From an uncultured Candidatus Saccharibacteria bacterium (GTDB lineage Bacteria; Patescibacteriota; UBA1384; XYA2-FULL-43-10; 1-14-0-10-43-13), in assembly GCA_964406145.1 (NCBI GenBank), contig CAYOQP010000007.1, forward strand, positions 1 through 40,051: a DNA stretch of 40,051 bases, given 5' to 3'. Under the pieces are notes generated by a model, which was not told the origin of the DNA, did not search any database, and saw only the letters and a program-made list of their open reading frames with translations. A program made the position numbers and the translations under genes. The number at the start of each line of letters is the position of its first letter. Positions within the stretch are counted from its first letter, which is position 1. Shown here one piece after another: positions 15,946-24,693 of the stretch.

Positions 15946-18771
15946 TTAAATAATTTTAGAGAGATACTGGCCAGTATATGATTCTTTAATTTTGACGATG
16001 TCCTCAGGCGTCCCAGTGCCAACAATAGTGCCACCACCTTCTCCGCCTTCTGGACCAAGATCGATTAGGTAATCAGCTGACTTAATAACATCAAGATTGT
16101 GTTCGATTACCAAGACAGTGTTGCCCTTGTCAACCAATGCAGTCAGAACCCCAACGAGCTTTTTGACATCTTCGAAGTGGAGACCCGTTGTTGGTTCATC
16201 CAATATATAGAATGTTTTACCCGTGCCACGATGAGCCAGCTCGGTTGCTAATTTGATTCTCTGAGCTTCACCGCCAGAAAGAGTAGTGGCCGGCTGGCCA
16301 AGACGAATGTAGCCAAGGCCAACATCAGAAAGAACTTCGAGCTTCTGGCTAATTGAGGGAACATTTTTAAAGAAAGCCAGAGCTTCGTCAACTGTCATAT
16401 TCAAGACATCAGAGATAGTTTTTCCCTTGTATTTGACCTCAAGAGCTTCTTGATTGTATCTTTTGCCTTTGCAATCCTCGCAGGTGATATAAACATCGGG
16501 CAAGAAGTGCATTTCTATTTTCAAAACTCCTTCACCACGACACTTTTCGCAACGACCACCCTTGACGTTAAAAGAGAAGCGCCCAGCCTTATAGCCACGA
16601 ATCTTTGCCTCTTGCGTACTAGCAAAAAGCTCACGGATAGTTGTGAAGACTCCGGTATATGTGGCAGGGTTAGATCTTGGGGTCTTGCCGATTGGCGACT
16701 GATCGATATCGATAACTTTGTTTAAGTTCTCAAGACCGGTGATTGAATCAAATTTGCCCGGCTCAGTACGAGCGCGATGGAAAACTTTCGACAGATGACG
16801 AGCCAGAATATCATTAATGAGTGTTGATTTGCCCGAACCAGAAACACCACTAACACAAGTAAAAGTGTTGAGCGGAATCGAGACATCAACACCTTTGAGA
16901 TTATTCTCTGTCGCGTTATTGATCTTTAAGAAATTGCCATTGCCAGGACGACGAAACTTCGGCACTGGTATTTCTTTTTTGCCGGACAAATATTGTGCCG
17001 TGATTGATTCTGGACATTTCTCGATATCTTCTGGCTTGCCCTCACAGACGATTCTGCCGCCATGCTCCCCTGCCCCAGGCCCGACATCGATAACCCAGTC
17101 AGCACTTAGAATTGTATCTTTGTCATGTTCAACGACAATAACGGTGTTGCCAAGATTTTTTAGATTTATTAAAGTTTTCAACAATTTGTCATTGTCTCTC
17201 TGGTGAAGGCCAATGGATGGCTCATCAAGAATATAAAGAACTCCCATCAGTCCTGAACCAATCTGGGTTGCAAGACGGATTCTTTGAGCCTCACCACCAG
17301 CAAGAGTTGCCGCGTTTCGATCGATTGTAAGGTAAGGAAGACCAACATTCATTAAGAAGTCTAGTCTGTCACGAATCTCTTTGATAATCTGTCTGGCAAT
17401 GATATTTTGCTCTTCATTGAGTTTCGCTGGCAAATTGGTAAAAAAGTCCAGCGCTTTCTCGATGGTTAAGCCAGAAACTTCAGAGATATTTTTACCGATA
17501 ACTTTAACACCTAGAATTTCTCGACGCAGTCGAGAGCCCTCACATGAAGGGCATTTCTTGACAACCATATATTTTTCAATCTCTTTTTTGACATAATCAG
17601 AATCAGTCTCTTTGTAACGACGAGTTAAGTTTGGTATTACGCCCTCATACTTTGTCTCATAGCCACCAACGTTATAAATTTCGTCACCAGTTCCAAACAA
17701 AATTACATTGAGTTCGTCTTTGGTGAGCTTGTTGATAGGAACATCGAGATTAACTTTATGAGTTGTGGCTGCTTTTTCCAGAATTCGAGAATACCAACCA
17801 CTGTGAGCGATGTTTCGAGACCATGGCCTGATCGCACCCTCATTGATGGTTAATTTAGCATTTGGCAGGACTAATCTTGGCTCAATTTCCTGCTTAACAC
17901 CAAGGCCCTGACAGACTCGACAAGCGCCATGAGGCGAATTAAAAGAAAAAGATCTTGGTGCAATTTCTGGCATCGAAATACCACAATCCGGACAAGCAAA
18001 TTGCTCAGAATATGTAACATCAACTTTATCTTCAAAATCATAGATGATTATCTTGCCGCCAGACTCATGAAGAGACTTTTCGATTGAGTCATAAAGTCGA
18101 CTCTTGGTTGATTCGTCAATTTTGCCGGCTTCAAGTATCAATCTATCAACAACAATTTCAATATTGTGTTTTTTATTTTTATCAAGATCTTTGCTCTCGG
18201 CTTCATCCAAATCCATGATTGAGCCATCAATTCTTAAACGAGAGAAACCAGCCTTGGTTATTTTGGCGAAAACGTCTTTGTGTTCACCTTTTTTATCCTC
18301 AACCAAAGGAGCAAGAATAGCTATTCTTCTCGTTCCTTTTGTGTCTCTCATGATTAGATCTGTAATTTGTCCGACAGTTTGTTTGATGACAGCCTTGCCA
18401 CATTTTGGACAATGGACTGTACCGACTCGAGCAAAAAGAAGACGAAGATAATCATAAATTTCAGTTATAGTACCAACGGTAGAACGAGGATTTCTTGAGG
18501 CTGATTTTTGATCGATCGAGATGGCCGGAGAAAGACCTTCGATACTATCGACATCGGGCTTTTCCATGATGCCTAAGAATTGTCTGGCATAAGAAGAAAG
18601 AGATTCAACGTATTTTCGTTGTCCTTCTGCATAAATAGTGTCAAAAGCGAGAGATGACTTCCCAGATCCAGACAAACCGGTAATAACAACTAATTTATCT
18701 CTGGGAATTTCAAGAGAAATGTTTTTGAGATTATGCTCTCTAGCACCGGTAATTTTGATAATATTGCTCAT
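15946..18771 (-). CDS. uvrA: Excinuclease ABC subunit A
   Basis: GLSGSGKSS and GVSGSGKST Walker A motifs, LSGGEAQRI-type signatures, zinc fingers. Confidence 0.99.
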   Translation of the reverse strand: MSNIIKITGAREHNLKNISLEIPRDKLVVITGLSGSGKSSLAFDTIYAEGQRKYVESLSSYARQFLGIMEKPDVDSIEGLSPAISIDQKSASRNPRSTVGTITEIYDYLRLLFARVGTVHCPKCGKAVIKQTVGQITDLIMRDTKGTRRIAILAPLVEDKKGEHKDVFAKITKAGFSRLRIDGSIMDLDEAESKDLDKNKKHNIEIVVDRLILEAGKIDESTKSRLYDSIEKSLHESGGKIIIYDFEDKVDVTYSEQFACPDCGISMPEIAPRSFSFNSPHGACRVCQGLGVKQEIEPRLVLPNAKLTINEGAIRPWSRNIAHSGWYSRILEKAATTHKVNLDVPINKLTKDELNVILFGTGDEIYNVGGYETKYEGVIPNLTRRYKETDSDYVKKEIEKYMVVKKCPSCEGSRLRREILGVKVIGKNISEVSGLTIEKALDFFTNLPAKLNEEQNIIARQIIKEIRDRLDFLMNVGLPYLTIDRNAATLAGGEAQRIRLATQIGSGLMGVLYILDEPSIGLHQRDNDKLLKTLINLKNLGNTVIVVEHDKDTILSADWVIDVGPGAGEHGGRIVCEGKPEDIEKCPESITAQYLSGKKEIPVPKFRRPGNGNFLKINNATENNLKGVDVSIPLNTFTCVSGVSGSGKSTLINDILARHLSKVFHRARTEPGKFDSITGLENLNKVIDIDQSPIGKTPRSNPATYTGVFTTIRELFASTQEAKIRGYKAGRFSFNVKGGRCEKCRGEGVLKIEMHFLPDVYITCEDCKGKRYNQEALEVKYKGKTISDVLNMTVDEALAFFKNVPSISQKLEVLSDVGLGYIRLGQPATTLSGGEAQRIKLATELAHRGTGKTFYILDEPTTGLHFEDVKKLVGVLTALVDKGNTVLVIEHNLDVIKSADYLIDLGPEGGEGGGTIVGTGTPEDIVKIKESYTGQYLSKII

Positions 18772-18800
18772 TAAAAAAATCTAGGTTAAGAATCCGTGCA

Positions 18801-18829
18801 ATTATATCATCAAAAGTCAAGATTGACAA
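18801..18829 (-). promoter_or_regulatory. uvrA promoter
   Basis: Minus strand TTGTCA-17 nt-TATAAT with TG extension. Confidence 0.6.
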
Positions 18830-18937
18830 GGCTGGAGAACATTTTTTGAACTCGATTTTCCTAATCTCATTTTTCTCTTTTTATTTGCTTTACTTATGTG
18901 ATATATTCAAGAAAAGTAATAAGTATTAAGGAGTAGT

Positions 18938-19378
18938 ATGGAGAACAACACCGATACTATTATTGGCGTAAATGTTTCCCTGAAGGGCAACCTTCATAAC
19001 AAGGGCTCAATCCAGGTCAATGGTAGCGTAGATGGAGAAGTAAGAAGTGACGAGAACGTTCTAGTTGGCGAAACAGCCAAGGTTAAAGGTCCAGTTATTG
19101 CCAAAAAGATCGAAATCTCCGGTGAAGTCAGAGGGTTAATCGAAGCAAGTGAAAAGCTTGAGATCAACTCAACCGGTAGAATTTATGGCGATATTAACGC
19201 CAAATCCCTCGTTATTAAAGAAGGTGCTATTTTTATCGGAAAAAGCTCCATGTCGTCCCATACTAGCACCGAAGAATCAGTCAAGGCTCAGACCGAAGAC
19301 ATCAAACAAACCGCTGATGATAAAGAAGTCAAAGAGGAAGTCCTAAGAGACAAAGCCGGATTTTTCGGCAAAAAATAG
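18938..19378 (+). CDS. Bactofilin (polymer-forming cytoskeletal protein)
   Basis: TIIG...LKGNL...IQVNGSVDG...GRIYGDINAKSLVIKEGAIFIG beta-helix repeats; AAGGAG SD. Confidence 0.92.
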   Translation: MENNTDTIIGVNVSLKGNLHNKGSIQVNGSVDGEVRSDENVLVGETAKVKGPVIAKKIEISGEVRGLIEASEKLEINSTGRIYGDINAKSLVIKEGAIFIGKSSMSSHTSTEESVKAQTEDIKQTADDKEVKEEVLRDKAGFFGKK

Positions 19379-19393
19379 TGACTCAGAGCCTAA

Positions 19394-20167
19394 ATGTACT
19401 ACTACATATTTGATCTTAAAAAATGCAGAAAAAACTCTCAGGTTACCGACATTAAGAATTATCTTTCTGCTTTGGGAATATCGGGAGAGTTTACTTATCC
19501 CTCGGCCGCTTATACCACCGAGGAGTTAGTTGAGTTGGGCTTATCGAAGAAATATAATACTATAGTCGGTATCGGTGGTGATGAAATTGCCAATAAAATC
19601 GCCTCTAGACTATGTGGCAAACCAGAAGCCATGGGAATCATTCCTCTTGAAGCATCAGAAGACTTAATGTCGTTAATTGGGTGCAATAGTTGGAAAGAGG
19701 GCGCCGAAAGTCTCAGATATAGAAAAATTCTCGAAATGAGAATCGGCCAAACCGCAAACGGTAGTGCTTTTTTGACAAACCTATCCCTTGATATCAAAAG
19801 CCCCACAGACGTTACCTTGGAATTTCGGGACTATATGGTCCAGACTCGAGCGGCCAAAATGTTAGTTTCCAATTATCATCCTGACATAGACAAAATTGGC
19901 GAAGATCATCTAGATATTGTTCTTCACAGTGTTGGCCCAAAACCGAAGGGTTTCTTATCACAAGTTTCAGCAATTTTTGGCGGCAATAAAGAAGATGAGC
20001 AGTATTCGCTTTTTCGAGCAAGATCTTTTAGATTATTTACCAACTCGCAAGTCCCTCTCATCTGCGGAGATCAGATTGTCGCCAAGACTCCACAGCTAAT
20101 CGAGAGCTCAGATGAAGATTTGCGATTGATTGTTGGCAAAAAACGCGTCTCAAAAGAATTGAAATAA
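19394..20167 (+). CDS. Diacylglycerol/lipid kinase-family protein (divergent)
   Basis: IVGIGGDE (GGDG-like) and MGIIP motifs; GIIPxGTxN is degenerate. Confidence 0.65.
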   Translation: MYYYIFDLKKCRKNSQVTDIKNYLSALGISGEFTYPSAAYTTEELVELGLSKKYNTIVGIGGDEIANKIASRLCGKPEAMGIIPLEASEDLMSLIGCNSWKEGAESLRYRKILEMRIGQTANGSAFLTNLSLDIKSPTDVTLEFRDYMVQTRAAKMLVSNYHPDIDKIGEDHLDIVLHSVGPKPKGFLSQVSAIFGGNKEDEQYSLFRARSFRLFTNSQVPLICGDQIVAKTPQLIESSDEDLRLIVGKKRVSKELK

Positions 20168-20198
20168 CAAAAAAATATCAAATCCCAAGGAGGGGAAC

Positions 20199-20846
20199 TT
20201 GTCACCATATTGGTACATAATTACGATTCCTTTTTTAGGTCTATTTTTTGCCAGAAATGATCTTAGAAGAAAGATGTCTATTTTTGGTTTATTGTCCGTC
20301 CTGATTTTGGTTATTGAATCATTATTTTCGCCAGAACATTTCAGCACTATAGCATCTCGGGAAATTTTATCTTCTCTTTTTTTAAAAATTTTAGTTGCCT
20401 TTTGTCTTGGTGCAATCGTCTCTGTAGTTTACGAAACTTTTGTTCACAGGATCGTTACGCCAGAAAGACATCCGGATAGAAAAAAAATGATATATCTACT
20501 GTCTGGAACAGTAGTTTTCTTTTCTCTTGTCTTTCTACTGAATCTAAACATCGCTTATTCTCTTCTTACAGGGTTGTTAATAAACCTTATCGTTATACTC
20601 TTTGTGAATCCAGAGCTGATTTGGGATAAGTTTTTTTCTGGCTTCGGCACAGCGATATTTTATTTATTTCTTTATTTTATGTTATTCAGAGAAAAACAAT
20701 CAGATGCGGCAAACTTCTGGTTCTGGGATCGACTGAGCAGTTTTTCCATTCTATCCCTGCCATTAGAGAAAATAATAATTATAATGTTATTTGGATTTTT
20801 ATGGGGGCCAATATATGTCGCCATCAAAGATTATAATGAGAAATAA
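20199..20846 (+). CDS. Membrane protein, lycopene-cyclase-domain-like
   Basis: Multi-TM; RxDLRRKM and W...LS...ILSLPLEK...FG resemble the CrtYc/Yd-type 'GiPlEE' repeat, with one Glu replaced. Start uncertain. Confidence 0.5.
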   Translation: MSPYWYIITIPFLGLFFARNDLRRKMSIFGLLSVLILVIESLFSPEHFSTIASREILSSLFLKILVAFCLGAIVSVVYETFVHRIVTPERHPDRKKMIYLLSGTVVFFSLVFLLNLNIAYSLLTGLLINLIVILFVNPELIWDKFFSGFGTAIFYLFLYFMLFREKQSDAANFWFWDRLSSFSILSLPLEKIIIIMLFGFLWGPIYVAIKDYNEK

Positions 20847-21867
20847 TTTAAACAATTTGGGCAAACAATATTTATGGCCTAAAAAGATTTTGGTCTTAGT
20901 GTTTTTTTCTATAGCGCTAATAACGTCTGTTATCTTGACCATATTATTCGCAGGTCAACCAAAAATAATTTCAAAATCGCCGGAAGATTTTGAAATATTG
21001 CAGTTAAATCAAAACATTGAGGTAGAATTTGACAAACCGATAGACATATCAGAATTAAATCTTTCAATTACCCCGACCACGGATGGAAATTGGACTTTTT
21101 CAAAAAGCTTAACCGATAAATTAACAAAAAAAATAATTTTTCAGCCAAAAGATTTTTATAAACCAAATCAGAAATACGTTATAAAATTTGAAGGCATTAG
21201 AGGAGTTTTTAATAGCTCAAAAAACATAAAAGAGACCTCAATATCTTTTGTGTCTCAAAAGATTCCAGACGTAGATAAAACTTCTCTCGACACAGAGAGT
21301 GCGGAGGTCAATATCTGCAATCCAATAATTGTAACTCTGGACCAACCAAACGACAAACTAGCTGATTTCAACCTTAGGTTAACACCGGAAAATACTTTTA
21401 AAAAAGTAATCTCTTCTGACAAATTGTCATACTCGTTTATTCCAGACCCATGTCTGATTCAAGATCAAGATTATGATCTTTCCGTCGAAAGAACCATATT
21501 AGTGCCAAATCTAGAGATAATGGACAAAAATACAACTTCATATCGAACAAAGTTTAGAACAAGGGGATCAGCTGGCATAATAGGTTTTGAGCCAAAGGGA
21601 TCAAGTGTGGACATAGGCACAAAAAAAATTAAAATATTTTTTTCAAAACCAATGGTTCAAAATGAAATTGCTGAAAATATATCGATCAGGCCAAGATTGT
21701 CGGGAGATTGGTCTTGGCAAAATAACACGATATTGATATTTACAGCAACCGAACCATTGATGTATAACACTGACTATACTGTAGAGATAGCAAAAGGCGT
21801 ACATAATCAGGAAAACGAAACCATAAGTGAGAATATATCTTTAAACTTCAAAACCATAAAAAAATAA
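20836..21867 (+). CDS. Membrane-anchored protein with tandem bacterial Ig-like (Big_5/SbsA) domains
   Basis: TM anchor followed by three repeats such as IEVEFDKPID...IIFQP...KYVIK and IKIFFSKPM...GDWSW...LIFT...YTVEI. Confidence 0.8.
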   Translation: MRNNLNNLGKQYLWPKKILVLVFFSIALITSVILTILFAGQPKIISKSPEDFEILQLNQNIEVEFDKPIDISELNLSITPTTDGNWTFSKSLTDKLTKKIIFQPKDFYKPNQKYVIKFEGIRGVFNSSKNIKETSISFVSQKIPDVDKTSLDTESAEVNICNPIIVTLDQPNDKLADFNLRLTPENTFKKVISSDKLSYSFIPDPCLIQDQDYDLSVERTILVPNLEIMDKNTTSYRTKFRTRGSAGIIGFEPKGSSVDIGTKKIKIFFSKPMVQNEIAENISIRPRLSGDWSWQNNTILIFTATEPLMYNTDYTVEIAKGVHNQENETISENISLNFKTIKK

Positions 21868-21898
21868 AAAATATTCTCATTATTTGTTCATATAAAAT

Positions 21899-22699
21899 AT
21901 GAAAAAGAACTCAAAAGGATGCTCGACTTTTAAGATAATTGCCGCAACAACACTTATTTTGTTTTTGGCTTTTTTAGCTTTTTTCGATTACAAAATTTAC
22001 CATAGTGCAAAAAATCAAACTAATATTTTTGGCGATACAACCCAAAATAATATTGAAGTTGAAAAAATAGACGAGGAAGTAATAGTCGAAGAAAAAAAAG
22101 AAGAACCAAAAATTGTCACCGAATTACCAAAGGAAAAGCCGTTGCCAACCGAAGCATTAATAACGGTCCCGTATACCAGACAAGCTCCATTTTCGGTTTG
22201 GGACGCATTACATGAAGACGCTTGCGAAGAAGCAAGTCTCTTGATGGTTAAGCATTTTCTCGATGGGACAAAAATTAGTGACAAACAATCAATTGATAAT
22301 GAGATAATCGATCTGGTTAATTTCGAAGAAGAAAATGGATATCAAACCAGTATCACCCTAGACGAACTAAACGCAATTTCTAAAAATAAATACGGAATAA
22401 GTGGAGTGGTAAAGAAAAATATTACCAATAATGATATTAAGAAGGAGATCGCCGCTGGCAAACCAGTAATAGTTGGGGCGGCAGGCAAGATTTTACCAAA
22501 TCCCTATTTTAGAAATGGCGGACCGATATATCATATGCTAGTTATCACTGGCTACGACAACACCAACTTTATAACAAACGATCCAGGAACAATGAAGGGA
22601 GATGGCTTTAAATACACTTTTTCTGACCTCTATAATGCGATCCACGATTGGGATCCAACAAATATTATGAATGGCCAAAAGGCCTATCTAGTTTTCTAG
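21899..22699 (+). CDS. C39-like (papain-fold) exported peptidase
   Basis: VPYTRQAP, ACEEASLLM (Cys), HMLVITGYD (His), NDPG; N-terminal TM. Confidence 0.88.
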   Translation: MKKNSKGCSTFKIIAATTLILFLAFLAFFDYKIYHSAKNQTNIFGDTTQNNIEVEKIDEEVIVEEKKEEPKIVTELPKEKPLPTEALITVPYTRQAPFSVWDALHEDACEEASLLMVKHFLDGTKISDKQSIDNEIIDLVNFEEENGYQTSITLDELNAISKNKYGISGVVKKNITNNDIKKEIAAGKPVIVGAAGKILPNPYFRNGGPIYHMLVITGYDNTNFITNDPGTMKGDGFKYTFSDLYNAIHDWDPTNIMNGQKAYLVF

Positions 22700-22716
22700 A
22701 TCTATTTTTAAATTCT

Positions 22717-23427
22717 TTATTGCTTTCTAACTATACAAAGAGGTGTCTGTTCGTTTGTCTGGCCAAGTGGGTTGTCCCTAAAGACCGCTTTGGCAAATTC
22801 ATCGGAAATTTTTTTGCTTGATTTGCCGAGTACAGCAACACCGAGATCATTGGCATCAATTATGACAACCTCATAACCAAGTTTATCTTTGATCTCTCTG
22901 GCTACTTTGTCGGGATTTTTAGGGGCAAGCTTGGCATATTTATTATAAGGTGGCAACGTATAATCACAAGGGCCATCAATAGCCGAGACAGCACTGCCCA
23001 CAACTCGATAGAAAACGCCTCTGATTCCAAAAGGTTTAGTCAGAACCGAAGCAATAATCCCCAGCATTATTCGAAGATATCCGACCTCGTCAATAGCAAG
23101 TTGCATCGTCCAAGGACTACCAATACCGATGCCGTAAGGAGTTTTAAGAACGAATTTTGATAGAAATTTAGCTGCAAGGGTTGGTTTGATGTCTTTAATT
23201 GGAAAAGCTCGACCCTGACTGATGGCAACAATTTTTTCACTCATAAAAATGTAGTCATTTTCTTGAGCAAATGGAACCAAAAGTTCATTTATTAATTTCA
23301 AAAGATCATCCCCCTTCATTATAATTGGGGTTTTGATCGGATATCGAGCATATTTTTCTCCAGATACCGAAATCAATAAATTCTTGCCGTTATTTGGAAT
23401 TGGAAGTTTTAAAGCATCTTTTGTCAT
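22717..23427 (-). CDS. F420-0:gamma-glutamyl ligase (CofE)-like protein
   Basis: SEKIVAISQG, AIDG, P..PD..A, IIDAND, NPLGQ..EQTP..IVR. Confidence 0.8.
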   Translation of the reverse strand: MTKDALKLPIPNNGKNLLISVSGEKYARYPIKTPIIMKGDDLLKLINELLVPFAQENDYIFMSEKIVAISQGRAFPIKDIKPTLAAKFLSKFVLKTPYGIGIGSPWTMQLAIDEVGYLRIMLGIIASVLTKPFGIRGVFYRVVGSAVSAIDGPCDYTLPPYNKYAKLAPKNPDKVAREIKDKLGYEVVIIDANDLGVAVLGKSSKKISDEFAKAVFRDNPLGQTNEQTPLCIVRKQ

Positions 23428-23487
23428 TTCAGTATTTAGTATACACAAAATTATCAGAAATAGAAGAATAATTTGCTCTAAAAACTG

Positions 23488-23516
23488 TTGACCAAAGCGT
23501 CTGTTTGTGATATTCT
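23488..23516 (+). promoter_or_regulatory. Promoter of infC-rpmI-rplT
   Basis: TTGACC-17 nt-TATTCT with TG extension. Confidence 0.6.
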
Positions 23517-23548
23517 AATCTAAGTTTAGTATTGAAAAGGAGCGAAAG

Positions 23549-24073
23549 ATTAATAAAAGACAGACTTTTCTGCGTGCCAATGAGCAGATTCGTATAACGC
23601 CAATCATGCTTATTGATGATACTGGCGCGAATGTCGGCACGAAATCCCTCAGAGAGGCCTTGGACATAGCATATGAAAAAGGCCTAGATTTGGTTGAAAT
23701 AAATCCGACCAATCGTCCTCCTATTTGCAAAATCATGGATTTTGGTCGTTACAAATACGACCTCGCAAAGAAGGAAAAGGAAGCTAAGGCAAAAAGAAAA
23801 GAAACTACGCTCAAAGAAATACGACTAACTTTCAAGATTGGTGATCACGACATTGAATATAAAGCCAAACAAGCAAGAGAATTCTTTGACAATGGTGACA
23901 TGGTTAAAGTCTCAATGCGCTTAAGAGGCAGAGAAAATTCAATGGCTGAGGCAGCAATCAACGTATTTAAAAAATTTGCAGAACAGACTGGTCTAGAGCT
24001 AGAGAGAACACCGCAGAAAATGGGCAATCAGATTACAGTTATGCTCACCGCAAAAAAAGAGGCTAAGAGTTAA
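23549..24073 (+). CDS. infC: Translation initiation factor IF-3, ATT start
   Basis: AAGGAG SD then in-frame ATT at 23549, restoring RANEQIR; GLDLVEI, PPICKIMDFGRYKY, RLRGRE. Confidence 0.95.
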   Translation: MNKRQTFLRANEQIRITPIMLIDDTGANVGTKSLREALDIAYEKGLDLVEINPTNRPPICKIMDFGRYKYDLAKKEKEAKAKRKETTLKEIRLTFKIGDHDIEYKAKQAREFFDNGDMVKVSMRLRGRENSMAEAAINVFKKFAEQTGLELERTPQKMGNQITVMLTAKKEAKS

Positions 24074-24081
24074 GAGGAAAT

Positions 24082-24264
24082 ATGAAACTAAAAACCCACA
24101 AAGCAACAATCAAGAGAGTCAAACAGACTAAGACAGGCAAACTCATGAGAGTTCAGTCAGCTTCTAGTCACCTTTTGACGCACAAATCAGACAGAACCAA
24201 AGTAAAGCTTGAGGTTAGCCCAAGCGATACCAAGAAAGTAAGACGATTAGCCCCTTATATTTAA
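24082..24264 (+). CDS. rpmI: 50S ribosomal protein L35
   Basis: MKLKTHKATIKRVK.T.TGK...SHLLTHK; lies between infC and rplT. Confidence 0.95.
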   Translation: MKLKTHKATIKRVKQTKTGKLMRVQSASSHLLTHKSDRTKVKLEVSPSDTKKVRRLAPYI

Positions 24265-24286
24265 GCAAAGATGATCCGGAGAAAAA

Positions 24287-24628
24287 ATGAGAGTCAAAAC
24301 AGGCACAACAAGACGTGCTAAACACAAAAAAATATTGAAAGCAGCTAAAGGATATCTCGGCAGACGTCGAAGCGTATTTAAATTAGCCAAGCAGGCAGCC
24401 CTTAAGGCCGGACAGTATTCATACCGAGACAGACGAGTCAAAAAGCGAACCTTTAGAGCTCTCTGGATTATCAAGATCAACGCCGCAGTCAGAGCACACG
24501 GAATGAGCTACTCAGAGTTCATCAACAAGCTCAACGAGAAAAAGATTGAAATTAATCGTAAGCTTCTCGCCGAGATGGCAGTCAAGACTCCAGCCGCACT
24601 CGAAGAGATTATCAAAAAAGTTAAGTAG
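24287..24628 (+). CDS. rplT: 50S ribosomal protein L20
   Basis: MRVK...[10 protein letters not shown]...[21 protein letters not shown]. Confidence 0.98.
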   Translation: MRVKTGTTRRAKHKKILKAAKGYLGRRRSVFKLAKQAALKAGQYSYRDRRVKKRTFRALWIIKINAAVRAHGMSYSEFINKLNEKKIEINRKLLAEMAVKTPAALEEIIKKVK

Positions 24629-24638
24629 AATCTCATAG

Positions 24639-24671
24639 AAAAAGAACTCCGATTAAACGGAGTTCTTTTTT
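24639..24671. terminator. Bidirectional terminator between rplT and ileS
   Basis: AAAAAGAACTCCG-attaaa-CGGAGTTCTTTTT, 13-bp stem. Confidence 0.85.
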
Positions 24672-24693
24672 ATTTCTGCAAAATATTGCGACT

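Noticed and set aside
23517-23548. L20 leader RNA; likewise T-boxes for valS and ileS
   Set aside because: The predicted leaders are too short and lack the motifs.
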